DNA from: Dehalococcoidia bacterium
GTDB taxonomy: Bacteria > Chloroflexota > Dehalococcoidia > Lucifugimonadales > Lucifugimonadaceae
DNA: 64,000 nt
Direction of reading: 5' to 3'
Assembly (NCBI GenBank): GCA_034423055.1
Contig: DAOUJE010000044.1
Coordinates: 6,328 to 70,327 of the forward strand
A program made the position numbers and the translations under genes. Positions 38,764-46,800 of the stretch are shown here, piece after piece; within the stretch, counting starts at the first letter, position 1; each line of letters begins with the position of its first letter. The notes below the pieces were generated by a model, which searched no databases, was not told the DNA's origin, and was given only the letters and a program-made list of their open reading frames with translations.

Positions 38764-40617
38764 ATGTTCGTCGCAGGAACCGCAGGACACGTAGATCACG
38801 GCAAGTCTACCCTCATCGAGAAGCTGACCGGAATCGACCCGGATCGCCTGCGCGCCGAAAAAGCTCGAGGGATGACCATCGAACTCGGGTTTGCATGGCT
38901 CGAACTCGACGACGGAAGTGAAGTCAGCATTGTTGATGTGCCCGGGCATGAGCGCTTCGTCAAAACGATGCTCATGGGCGCGGGAGGTTTCGATCTCGCG
39001 CTCTTGGTCGTAGCCGGTGACGAAGGCCCGATGCCGCAGACACGCGAGCATTTGGCGATATTGGATCTGCTTGAAGTTAGCGATGGGATCGTGGTAATTA
39101 CAAAATCTGATCTCGCCGACGCCGAGTTGATCGAGCTGATCGAGATCGAAATATCGGAAATTCTGGAAGGCACGTCGCTCGAAGGCTCGCCAATGGTTGC
39201 GGTGTCAGCTGAGACTGGTGTCGGCTTGGATGATCTGCGCGGCATGATTACTGACTTTGCTCGAAACAAACCGGCGCGGCCCATTAACGAACGTCCAAGG
39301 CTCTTCATCGACCGAGCATTCAGCGTAGCCGGTTTTGGTGCGGTTGTGACTGGAACTCTTGATGGCGGGCAACTGAAGGTCGGCGACGAAGTCGCACTGC
39401 TTCCGTCTGGCGAAACCTGCCGCATCCGTGGATTGCAGAGCCACAAATCTCAGATCGATATCGCGGTTCCGCGCACACGAGTAGCGGTCAGCATCAGCGG
39501 TATTTCGCACACCGAGATTGAGCGCGGCGAAGCTCTAGTCAAGCGCGGCCAGTTTGATACCACGACGGTTTTCGACGCTTCGCTGAGGACGATTTCTGAT
39601 GCCAAACGTCCTGTAAAACACAATCATCACGTCACCCTATACGGCGGCACATGGGAAGAACCCGCGACAGTCCGATTGCTCTCTCACGACGAGTTGAAGG
39701 CTGGCGAAACGGGCTGGGCTCAGATCAAACTGAGCAACCCTCGCCCGATAATCAAAGGCGACCGTTTCGTTATCCGTGACAGCAACGACACGCTAGGCGG
39801 CGGTGTTGCACTGATCACCAGCGCTCCTCGCCACCGACGCAATGATCCATCGGTCATCGAGCATTTGCACGTTTTGTCCGAAGGCCGCCCAAAGGATGTC
39901 ATCGTCCACGCGCTAGACCAACTCGTAGTTGCCAACTGCATTCAAATTGCCGAAGCCGCGCACATGCTGACCAGCGATGTAGAAGCGGAGTTGTCCGAAT
40001 TAACCGGTATGGAAGCCTTGATCCGTCTAACGGCAGGCGTGACACCTCTGTACATAACAAAATCAAACCAAGATTCGTTGCGGGCCCAAACGAGAGATGC
40101 GCTAACCGATTACCACAACAGATATCCCTTACGCCGCGGGATGCCGCGGCAAGAACTGCGGAATCGGCTACGGCTCGATTCGAGCGGGTTCGACGCTGTA
40201 GTCGATAACATCGTGAATGATGGTTTGATGTCGCAAGACGGCACCACTGTCAGGATGGCGGACCATGAAGTCACGTTCACTCCCACTCAGACGCAGGAAT
40301 CGGATCGTTTTTTGGCTGTTCTGCGTGAGCATCGCTATTCTCCTCCCGCTTGGAACAAGATCGATGCCGAGTTGCTAAGCGCCCTTATCGACCGTCGCGA
40401 GGTTGTCAGCGCCGGGCCGGAGGTTGTCTTCGCCGCCGAGGTTTTCGACGAGATGCGAGACAAGATCATTGACTACTGCCAGATTAACGACGAGGTCTCT
40501 ATCAACGACGTTCGGGAGTTGCTCGGGACCAGTAGGAAATACTCGCTCGCGCTCTTGGAGCAGTTGGATCGCGACAACGTGACCATGCGCGTCGGCGACA
40601 TGAGGGTGTTGAGGTGA
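38764..40617 (+). CDS. selB: Selenocysteine-specific translation elongation factor
   Basis: MFVAGTAGHVDHGKSTLIEKLTGIDPDRLRAEKARGMTIELGF, DVPGHERF, ITKSD. The 617-aa length includes the C-terminal winged-helix extension typical of bacterial SelB. Confidence 0.85.
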   Translation: MFVAGTAGHVDHGKSTLIEKLTGIDPDRLRAEKARGMTIELGFAWLELDDGSEVSIVDVPGHERFVKTMLMGAGGFDLALLVVAGDEGPMPQTREHLAILDLLEVSDGIVVITKSDLADAELIELIEIEISEILEGTSLEGSPMVAVSAETGVGLDDLRGMITDFARNKPARPINERPRLFIDRAFSVAGFGAVVTGTLDGGQLKVGDEVALLPSGETCRIRGLQSHKSQIDIAVPRTRVAVSISGISHTEIERGEALVKRGQFDTTTVFDASLRTISDAKRPVKHNHHVTLYGGTWEEPATVRLLSHDELKAGETGWAQIKLSNPRPIIKGDRFVIRDSNDTLGGGVALITSAPRHRRNDPSVIEHLHVLSEGRPKDVIVHALDQLVVANCIQIAEAAHMLTSDVEAELSELTGMEALIRLTAGVTPLYITKSNQDSLRAQTRDALTDYHNRYPLRRGMPRQELRNRLRLDSSGFDAVVDNIVNDGLMSQDGTTVRMADHEVTFTPTQTQESDRFLAVLREHRYSPPAWNKIDAELLSALIDRREVVSAGPEVVFAAEVFDEMRDKIIDYCQINDEVSINDVRELLGTSRKYSLALLEQLDRDNVTMRVGDMRVLR

Positions 40618-41093
40618 TGGCATCGTCCGAAAAACTCACGTTGACCTTGCACGATCCGCCGTTCAAGGTTTCTAACCTCTCATCGCTGTTCCGGTCACTG
40701 CAAGCCGCGGTACGTGAAACCGCAGCCGCGGGCGAGCCAGTCGAGAGTTTGTTTTCGAACCAGCAAGGGCCTTTTCTGGTAGCGGATGTCGCTAACGGTG
40801 CCGATGGGAGGCTGACGATGTCGCTCTGGTTCGTCGACCGCGATAACCAACCTCTGGCGGATCGATCAGAGGAGACCTTCGTCAGCGCGATCACAGAGTT
40901 TGAACGCACGATACTGCGCGGTTCGCAACACACGTTTTGGGGTGCGCCAGCTTACCAATCAGAAATCCACGAAGATGATTCCCGCATGTTGCGGTTCATC
41001 GCGGTTTTGCGCGCCTTCCGCTCGGCGACGATTTCTTATGGTGACCGCAGCGTTGTTTTACGCGATGGCCTGTTCGCTTCCGAACGAGTCTGA
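40617..41093 (+). CDS. Hypothetical protein, translationally coupled to selB
   Basis: The ATG overlaps the selB TGA (TGATG). 158 aa; no recognisable motif. Confidence 0.5.
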   Translation: MASSEKLTLTLHDPPFKVSNLSSLFRSLQAAVRETAAAGEPVESLFSNQQGPFLVADVANGADGRLTMSLWFVDRDNQPLADRSEETFVSAITEFERTILRGSQHTFWGAPAYQSEIHEDDSRMLRFIAVLRAFRSATISYGDRSVVLRDGLFASERV

Positions 41094-41101
41094 GCGGCGG
41101 A

Positions 41102-41485
41102 TCAACCGAGACCCATATCGGCGACTTCGTCTTCGTCGAATCCCCAAAAGTGTCCCACTTCGTGCCATACGGTTTTCAACACTTCTTCGTCCAAATCCTC
41201 GCGCGTGTTCACAGCCTCTTCGATCGGCTTTTGGAAAATCGTTATCTTCGAAGGGAATGTGGATACGTGCGACCCTCCATCTGCCAGCGAAACGCCCTCT
41301 GATAGCCCGAATAACGTCTCATCCCGGTGCAAACCGAGTTCGGCGAGTTGGTTGAGTGAAGGCTCGAGTTCGACAACGATATCGACGTTTTCGCTTTGCA
41401 GACGCTCGTAAAACTCAGGCGCCAACTGCTCAAGTGCGTCTAGAACGATACCGTCGAACTCCTCCGGCGAGACTCGATACGTCAT
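41102..41485 (-). CDS. Zincin-like metallopeptidase family protein (DUF1025-like)
   Basis: Acidic 127-aa protein ending in WHEVGHFWGFDEDEV (HExxH). Confidence 0.65.
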   Translation of the reverse strand: MTYRVSPEEFDGIVLDALEQLAPEFYERLQSENVDIVVELEPSLNQLAELGLHRDETLFGLSEGVSLADGGSHVSTFPSKITIFQKPIEEAVNTREDLDEEVLKTVWHEVGHFWGFDEDEVADMGLG

Positions 41486-41504
41486 CGTTGCCGTCAGTCG
41501 CGCG

Positions 41505-42356
41505 TCATGAAGACGCCTTTTCCCGGATCGCCTTTAATGCATCGACGTTAGGTTTATCCGGCCCGCTTTTTTCGTAGCCGGGGACTTCCAGATAGAACGG
41601 CACATCGGCGAACACAGGATGCGACATGATGTTCAGGAAGCCTTCCTCGCCGATAAGTCCTTCGCCGATGTTGTCGTGGCGGTCAACTGATGAGCCGCGC
41701 TCGCGCTTCGAGTCATTGGCATGAACTGAACGTAGCAGGTCGAGTCCGATCTCCCGGTCGAACTCTTCCATCGTTTCGTCAATCCCACCCTTGGTGGCGA
41801 CGTCGTAGCCTGATGCCCAGACGTGCTGCGTGTCAAAGCAAGTAGCAACCCGAGGATTGTCGATGGCTTTGATGAGACTACCTAACTCCTCGAATTTCGA
41901 TCCTATGTGGTCGCCGGAACCGGCGGATGTCTCGAGCATGAGCAAGGCTTTGCCCGGGGAGTTTTCGATGACTTGATTGACACCCTCAACAAAATGATCA
42001 AATACGGCTTCCAGGCCGGCGCCGCGGTGGCTTGCAGGATGGAACACCAACCGGAGTGCCCCCAAGCGCTGGGTCTCTGTCAACTCGGCAGTCAAGGATG
42101 CCCGGCTCTTTTCTACGAGTTCGGGATTAGGTGATCCGAGAGCCGTCAGGTATTTGGCGTGGACAATCGTGGGACCTAGTCCGGATTCCGCCATCTTGGC
42201 TCGGTAGCCCTGCAATGGCTTGTCTTTGATCGGTGGCACTCGCCACATCCTGGGTGATGCGGCAAAGATCTGCATGCACTCCGCGCCGATATCCTCAGCT
42301 CGCCTTATCGCCTTATCTACTCCACCACTGGTTGATACATGTGCGCCAATAAGCAT
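41505..42356 (-). CDS. nfo: Deoxyribonuclease IV (endonuclease IV, AP endonuclease family 2)
   Basis: MLIGAHVSTSGGVDKAI...CMQIFAASPRMW...CFDTQHVWASGYD...HANDSK. The track ORF extends to 42413. Confidence 0.85.
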   Translation of the reverse strand: MLIGAHVSTSGGVDKAIRRAEDIGAECMQIFAASPRMWRVPPIKDKPLQGYRAKMAESGLGPTIVHAKYLTALGSPNPELVEKSRASLTAELTETQRLGALRLVFHPASHRGAGLEAVFDHFVEGVNQVIENSPGKALLMLETSAGSGDHIGSKFEELGSLIKAIDNPRVATCFDTQHVWASGYDVATKGGIDETMEEFDREIGLDLLRSVHANDSKRERGSSVDRHDNIGEGLIGEEGFLNIMSHPVFADVPFYLEVPGYEKSGPDKPNVDALKAIREKASS

Positions 42357-42459
42357 CGGAAAACCGTCCGTTCCTCCAAATGACATGCGTCGATGGCTGA
42401 ACACTCTCGACAATGAAAGTGTAACCCGCGAGAAGAAATTCGCAACGGGGTCTCAAAGG

Positions 42460-43383
42460 TTAACTAGTGCGGCGGCGCAGCCTCGGCAATCGGCGAGTGA
42501 TGCGTTGCAAGGCACCTTCGTCCCAAGAGACCAGTACTTGAGCAGCGATGAAGATCGACGAATAAGTTCCTACGATGACACCGAGGAGCAGCACGATCAG
42601 GAAGTCGCGCAAACTCTGTCCGCCAAACAACAGCATTGCCATGATAACCGTGGCCGTCGTGATGCTAGTGCCCAATGAGCGGATGATCGATTCTCGGATC
42701 GAGGCGTTCACTGTCATTCGAAAATCTCGCGACGGAACCAGAAGGACGTTTTCTCGCACTCGGTCAAAAATGACGATGGTGTCGTTCACCGAATAGCCGA
42801 TCACGGTCAGTATGCCAACGATGAAGATCGCGTTGACCTGCGCGTTGAACACCACTCCGAGAACTGCAAAGATACCTAACACAATCAGGACATCATGCAC
42901 GAGTGCGATGACCGCCGAGATCGCATAGCGATACGATCCTGGCACGGTCCGGAACGCGTACATGATGTAGAGCATTACGAACAATGCCGCGACGGTAACA
43001 GCGATTATAGCGTTGCGAACCGTCCCTTCCGCAACCGACGAACCCACCGTGGCAGTCTCGAGCGTTATGGGTGTATCGCCCGTGATCTTCGTCAACTCGG
43101 CATCTACGACATTCTTGCCTTCGTTGCCTAAATCGTTGGTTCGCACGAAGTATTGGCCCTCGCCGAGGTCTTGTACGATCGCCTCGGGATGACCGCTTGC
43201 TACGAGGGCGTCGTTAACCGCGTCCGTACCGGGATCATTGGTGCCGAAGTCGTACGTCGAACTTGTGCCGGAGACAAAGTCGATACCGAGATTGAGTCCG
43301 GGCACGAACAGTAACACGACAGATACCACCGCTATCGTCGCCGATATCGGCAGGAATATCTTGCGTAGTGCTACAAAATCCAT
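42460..43383 (-). CDS. secF: Protein translocase subunit SecF
   Basis: GIDFVSGT, YSVNDTIVIFDRVREN. The ATG at 43383 avoids overlap with secD; the track ORF extends to 43473. Confidence 0.85.
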   Translation of the reverse strand: MDFVALRKIFLPISATIAVVSVVLLFVPGLNLGIDFVSGTSSTYDFGTNDPGTDAVNDALVASGHPEAIVQDLGEGQYFVRTNDLGNEGKNVVDAELTKITGDTPITLETATVGSSVAEGTVRNAIIAVTVAALFVMLYIMYAFRTVPGSYRYAISAVIALVHDVLIVLGIFAVLGVVFNAQVNAIFIVGILTVIGYSVNDTIVIFDRVRENVLLVPSRDFRMTVNASIRESIIRSLGTSITTATVIMAMLLFGGQSLRDFLIVLLLGVIVGTYSSIFIAAQVLVSWDEGALQRITRRLPRLRRRTS

Positions 43384-43402
43384 CGTTCTGTTTCCGAGCC
43401 GA

Positions 43403-45517
43403 TTAGGACTGCGCTCCTGGGTCCGCCACCGGGACGAACACGCCGGAAGCCTTGCCAACGCCCGTGCGGGCAATGAGTCTCAACATCAACCGGCTGGCGA
43501 AGAACGCCGTGAACATGCTCAACAGCACGCCGATGCCGAGTGTCAACGCAAAGCCTTGCATAATGCTGGTGCTGAAGCGATCACCGAACCAGAACAGCAC
43601 TACTGCGGTGATCACTGTAGAAATGTTGCCGTCTCTGATCGAGGGCCAGGCGCGATCGAATCCAGTGTTGAGCGCGGCGAGAAGGTCTCGACCCGCTCGT
43701 AACTCTTCCTTGGTCCTCTCGGCGATAAGGACGTTAGCGTCAACCGCAAAACCGAGAGACAAGATAATCGCTGCTGTGCCGGATAGCGTCATAGTGACCG
43801 GAACCAACTTGAAGATGCCTAGCAGCATCACGGTATAGGCTGCTAGCGACAGACTCGCTACAATACCGGGCACCTTGTAGTACGAGATCATGAAGATGAC
43901 GAGGAGCACTAAGCCGATGCCGCCGGCAACTAGGCTACGCCGCAACGAATCGGCACCGAGGATCGCGTCTACACTGCGCTCCTCCGACAACTCCAACTCA
44001 GCCGGCAGGGCACCGGAGCGAAGTTGAATGGCTAGAGTGCGAACGCGCTCGGTTGTGAAGTCGCCGCCTGAGATGATCGCGCGGCCGTCGGCAATGCCTT
44101 GTCCGCCCTGCGTGTTGACGGTCGGGGCGACCAGTTCGACGTTGTCGAGATAAATCGCTAGGACGTCGCGGTTTCTTGCGACTCTCCCGGTTACCTCGAA
44201 GAACGCGTCTCTTCCGGATTCATTGAAGACGATTGTCACTACTGGCTCAGGCGGTGTGCCCTCGATTGACGGGAAGGCATCGTCGAGGTCTTCGGCGGAG
44301 ATGTTAGTCGCTTGCTCAGTGAAGTACAGGGGCGATGCGCAACGCAGCAACAACCACTCGGTTTCGGACAATCCGTCGGGTGGCCATTCCTCTGCGGGTA
44401 CATCGGCGGGGGGTACGATGGGGCCGCATTTACGTTCTCGGAACTCTAACTGCGCTGTCGATCCGATGAGTGCCTTAGCTTCTTGAACACCGCCTGATAC
44501 GGTCCACTGCACAACATATCCAGGCGATCGGATCGATGCGAAGTTGCCGATGTCGGCGAGTTGGCGTGTCAAGTTTTCCACGTCCGATGGCAATATGTTG
44601 CCTTCGTCGTCAAAGGTGCGTTCCATCAACACGCCTTTGAATTCGGCCTCGAAATAGACGGCATCAACTTGCTGGAACCCGCCTGCTGCGTCGGTTGTGA
44701 AGAGGAGTGTGTCAGTTCCGTCGCTGACCACGACATCATCGAAGCCGGCGGCTTCAAACGCGGCTTGGACTTCCTCGGTTGTGGGTGCGACTCGTATTGG
44801 ATCAGGCAGCTGAATCTGCTCATCTTCGGTTTCTGAATCTGGCGCGGCGTTCTCGCTGTCCGTTGCTGCATCGCCTTCGGATGCGGATGCATCGGCTTGG
44901 TCATCGGTTGCGATAGAGGTGGTTGGATCAATTTCGGGAACTGTGATCTCATATTCGAACGTGGCCCTGAGGGTAGCCGGATGCTTCTCTCGGAACTGCG
45001 TCAGCCAATCATCGGCATCGCGCCCCTCGAAGTCATCGAAAGTGACGATCATCGACGCGTCTTCGTTAACAAACACTTCAACGCCCGACTTGCCCAAGTC
45101 GGTTTCGAAGAATGCTTCCACATCTTCGGGTGTGTAGTCTGCGCCATCGATAGCGACGTTCAATGAAGATTCACTCTGGCCGGGTAGTTGGATCAGGATG
45201 CGATCTGGCGGATTGCCGAGGACCTGAACGGTCGGTTCGCTTACACCGAAGGCGTTGACGCGTCGTTCGATGATGGTGCGGATAGCTTCCACGTCTTCCG
45301 CTGTTGGAACTTCGCCTTCTGCGGGGATGATGTCGTAGATGAGGTGCGTTCCGCCTTGCAGGTCAAGACCGAGGCTCAATCCCAGGAAGGAGTCATCGTT
45401 GCCACGATCGAACTCGAAGTTGACGAGGGTGAAGTTGATGCGGGGAATAGAGATAACGACAGCGGCGATGATGACGAGCGCCGCTACGAAAATCAGACCT
45501 CTTAAGTCACGAGCCAC
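43403..45517 (-). CDS. secD: Protein translocase subunit SecD (enlarged periplasmic domain)
   Basis: LGLDLQGGTHLIY, GFAVDANVLIAERTKEE. GTG start. 704 aa with an acidic insertion. Confidence 0.85.
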   Translation of the reverse strand: MARDLRGLIFVAALVIIAAVVISIPRINFTLVNFEFDRGNDDSFLGLSLGLDLQGGTHLIYDIIPAEGEVPTAEDVEAIRTIIERRVNAFGVSEPTVQVLGNPPDRILIQLPGQSESSLNVAIDGADYTPEDVEAFFETDLGKSGVEVFVNEDASMIVTFDDFEGRDADDWLTQFREKHPATLRATFEYEITVPEIDPTTSIATDDQADASASEGDAATDSENAAPDSETEDEQIQLPDPIRVAPTTEEVQAAFEAAGFDDVVVSDGTDTLLFTTDAAGGFQQVDAVYFEAEFKGVLMERTFDDEGNILPSDVENLTRQLADIGNFASIRSPGYVVQWTVSGGVQEAKALIGSTAQLEFRERKCGPIVPPADVPAEEWPPDGLSETEWLLLRCASPLYFTEQATNISAEDLDDAFPSIEGTPPEPVVTIVFNESGRDAFFEVTGRVARNRDVLAIYLDNVELVAPTVNTQGGQGIADGRAIISGGDFTTERVRTLAIQLRSGALPAELELSEERSVDAILGADSLRRSLVAGGIGLVLLVIFMISYYKVPGIVASLSLAAYTVMLLGIFKLVPVTMTLSGTAAIILSLGFAVDANVLIAERTKEELRAGRDLLAALNTGFDRAWPSIRDGNISTVITAVVLFWFGDRFSTSIMQGFALTLGIGVLLSMFTAFFASRLMLRLIARTGVGKASGVFVPVADPGAQS

Positions 45518-45742
45518 GTGTAGTTAACCGATGTCGCGCAGGTGCCGCCGCAAACGCGCGCAACCTGGCGCGATGGGGTCTTTTTGCGGTTCGCTGTCCA
45601 CTTTGAATCAGGTCTTGCCGAGCGGGTTTTCTGCAACTGCGCTATTGACAAAAATGACTTCGATACAACCCTCTGGATCGAAGCCTCAAACATCAAAGTA
45701 TAGCACCGAGTGAATTCTCCTCCGCTCCTTGACGTGGGTCGA

Positions 45743-46435
45743 TCAGCGGCTCTCAGCATCACGGTCTTGAGATTTGGTGCGGGTCTCAAGGTCGTATGCA
45801 AGTTCCGAGATGGAATGTCCCGGCGTGACCTCGCTCAACTTAGCCTTTGCGACAAGCAACTCCGGCGCAGAAGTTTCGGTATGAGGATGATCGTGATTTC
45901 CCTCGTCGTGATGCGCTTCGATGTTGTAATTGACATCGTGCAGATGCGTTTCGCCGGGTTCCGTCTCTTCGCCAACCTTTCTGAGACGCTCGTGTTCGAG
46001 GAGGTGATCCATGAACATGATGCCATTCAGGTGGTCGATTTCGTGCTCGATCGCTTGGGCGAGAAGCTCTTCGGTTGAAATCCGCCACTTCGATCCGTTT
46101 TCGTCGAGTGCCCGGGCAGTAATGCTCACTGATCTGCTCACGATCCCGACGTAACCGGGCATGGATAGACATCCCTCTTCAACCTCCCGCTGACCTTCGG
46201 TCTTTGTGATCTCTGGGTTTACCAACCAGTACGGCTCTTCTTCAGGAAGATGGAGAGCGATCACTCGTTTCAAGACGCCAACCTGGTTGGCTGCCAATCC
46301 AACTCCTTCCGCGTCGATCAGCGTTTCGACCATGTCCGCCGCCAATTTACGCACATCGTCGTCAATACGCCTGACCTTACGACATTTGCGCCGAAGTATC
46401 GGATCGGGAAAGATGCGTATTTCTCGAATAGCCAT
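45743..46435 (-). CDS. def: Peptide deformylase with about 65-aa His-rich C-terminal extension
   Basis: GVGLAANQVG, EGCLSMPG, QAIEHEIDHLNG, then ...THLHDVNYNIEAHHDEGNHDHPHTE... Confidence 0.9.
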   Translation of the reverse strand: MAIREIRIFPDPILRRKCRKVRRIDDDVRKLAADMVETLIDAEGVGLAANQVGVLKRVIALHLPEEEPYWLVNPEITKTEGQREVEEGCLSMPGYVGIVSRSVSITARALDENGSKWRISTEELLAQAIEHEIDHLNGIMFMDHLLEHERLRKVGEETEPGETHLHDVNYNIEAHHDEGNHDHPHTETSAPELLVAKAKLSEVTPGHSISELAYDLETRTKSQDRDAESR

Positions 46436-46614
46436 AGCGTTCTGGTTATGAGATTTTACTGCCAGAGGGGCAGGACGTCTGGAGATTTATGTCATCGCAA
46501 GTGGAGCTGGTGGCAGTCATTTCGTGTGTGTAGCAGGCGCGTGGAATTGCCGGTCGGGAGGTGTTTTGAACTAGGATGGGCAGGATGAGGTCTGATGGTT
46601 GGTGTTGGGTGTTT

Positions 46615-46770
46615 GGGGTGGGCATCCCCCTGCGTTCGCTTCGCTATGCGTCCCCCCTTCGCGGAGCGAAAGGGGAGAGATTCCTCGGCTTCGCTCGGAA
46701 TGACAGCGCGGGGATCGGAATGACAGCGCGAGGGGATCGGAATTACAGGGCGAAGGGATCGGGATGGCGA
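46615..46770. repeat. Intergenic repeat cluster (REP-like hairpin plus degenerate GGAATGACAGCGCG tandem units)
   Basis: ccccttcgcggagcgaaagggg at 46654-46675. gagattcctcggcttcgctcggaatgacagcgcg at 46676-46710 nearly matches 53909-53942. Units tcggaatgacagcgcgggga / tcggaatgacagcgcgagggga / tcggaattacagggcgaaggga at 46695-46759. Confidence 0.75.
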
Positions 46771-46800
46771 TAGTGCGTATATCGCGATTGCTGAGGCGTG

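Noticed and set aside
40502-40933. 143-aa minus-strand ORF overlapping the selB end and the coupled ORF
   Set aside because: It is antisense to selB coding sequence. The plus-strand ORF has a start coupled to the selB stop.
38653-41101. Search for tRNA-Sec (UCA anticodon, long variable arm) next to selB and in other intergenic regions
   Set aside because: No cloverleaf with a U-UCA-A loop and matching stems was found by eye. The only tRNA in the window is tRNA-Ser(GCU). A covariance-model scan would be needed to be sure.
45549-45590. GC hairpin (cgcgc-aacctg-gcgcg) with a T-run, as a terminator between def and secD
   Set aside because: The T-run is on the plus strand while both flanking genes are on the minus strand. 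On the minus strand the hairpin is followed by only TTTG.
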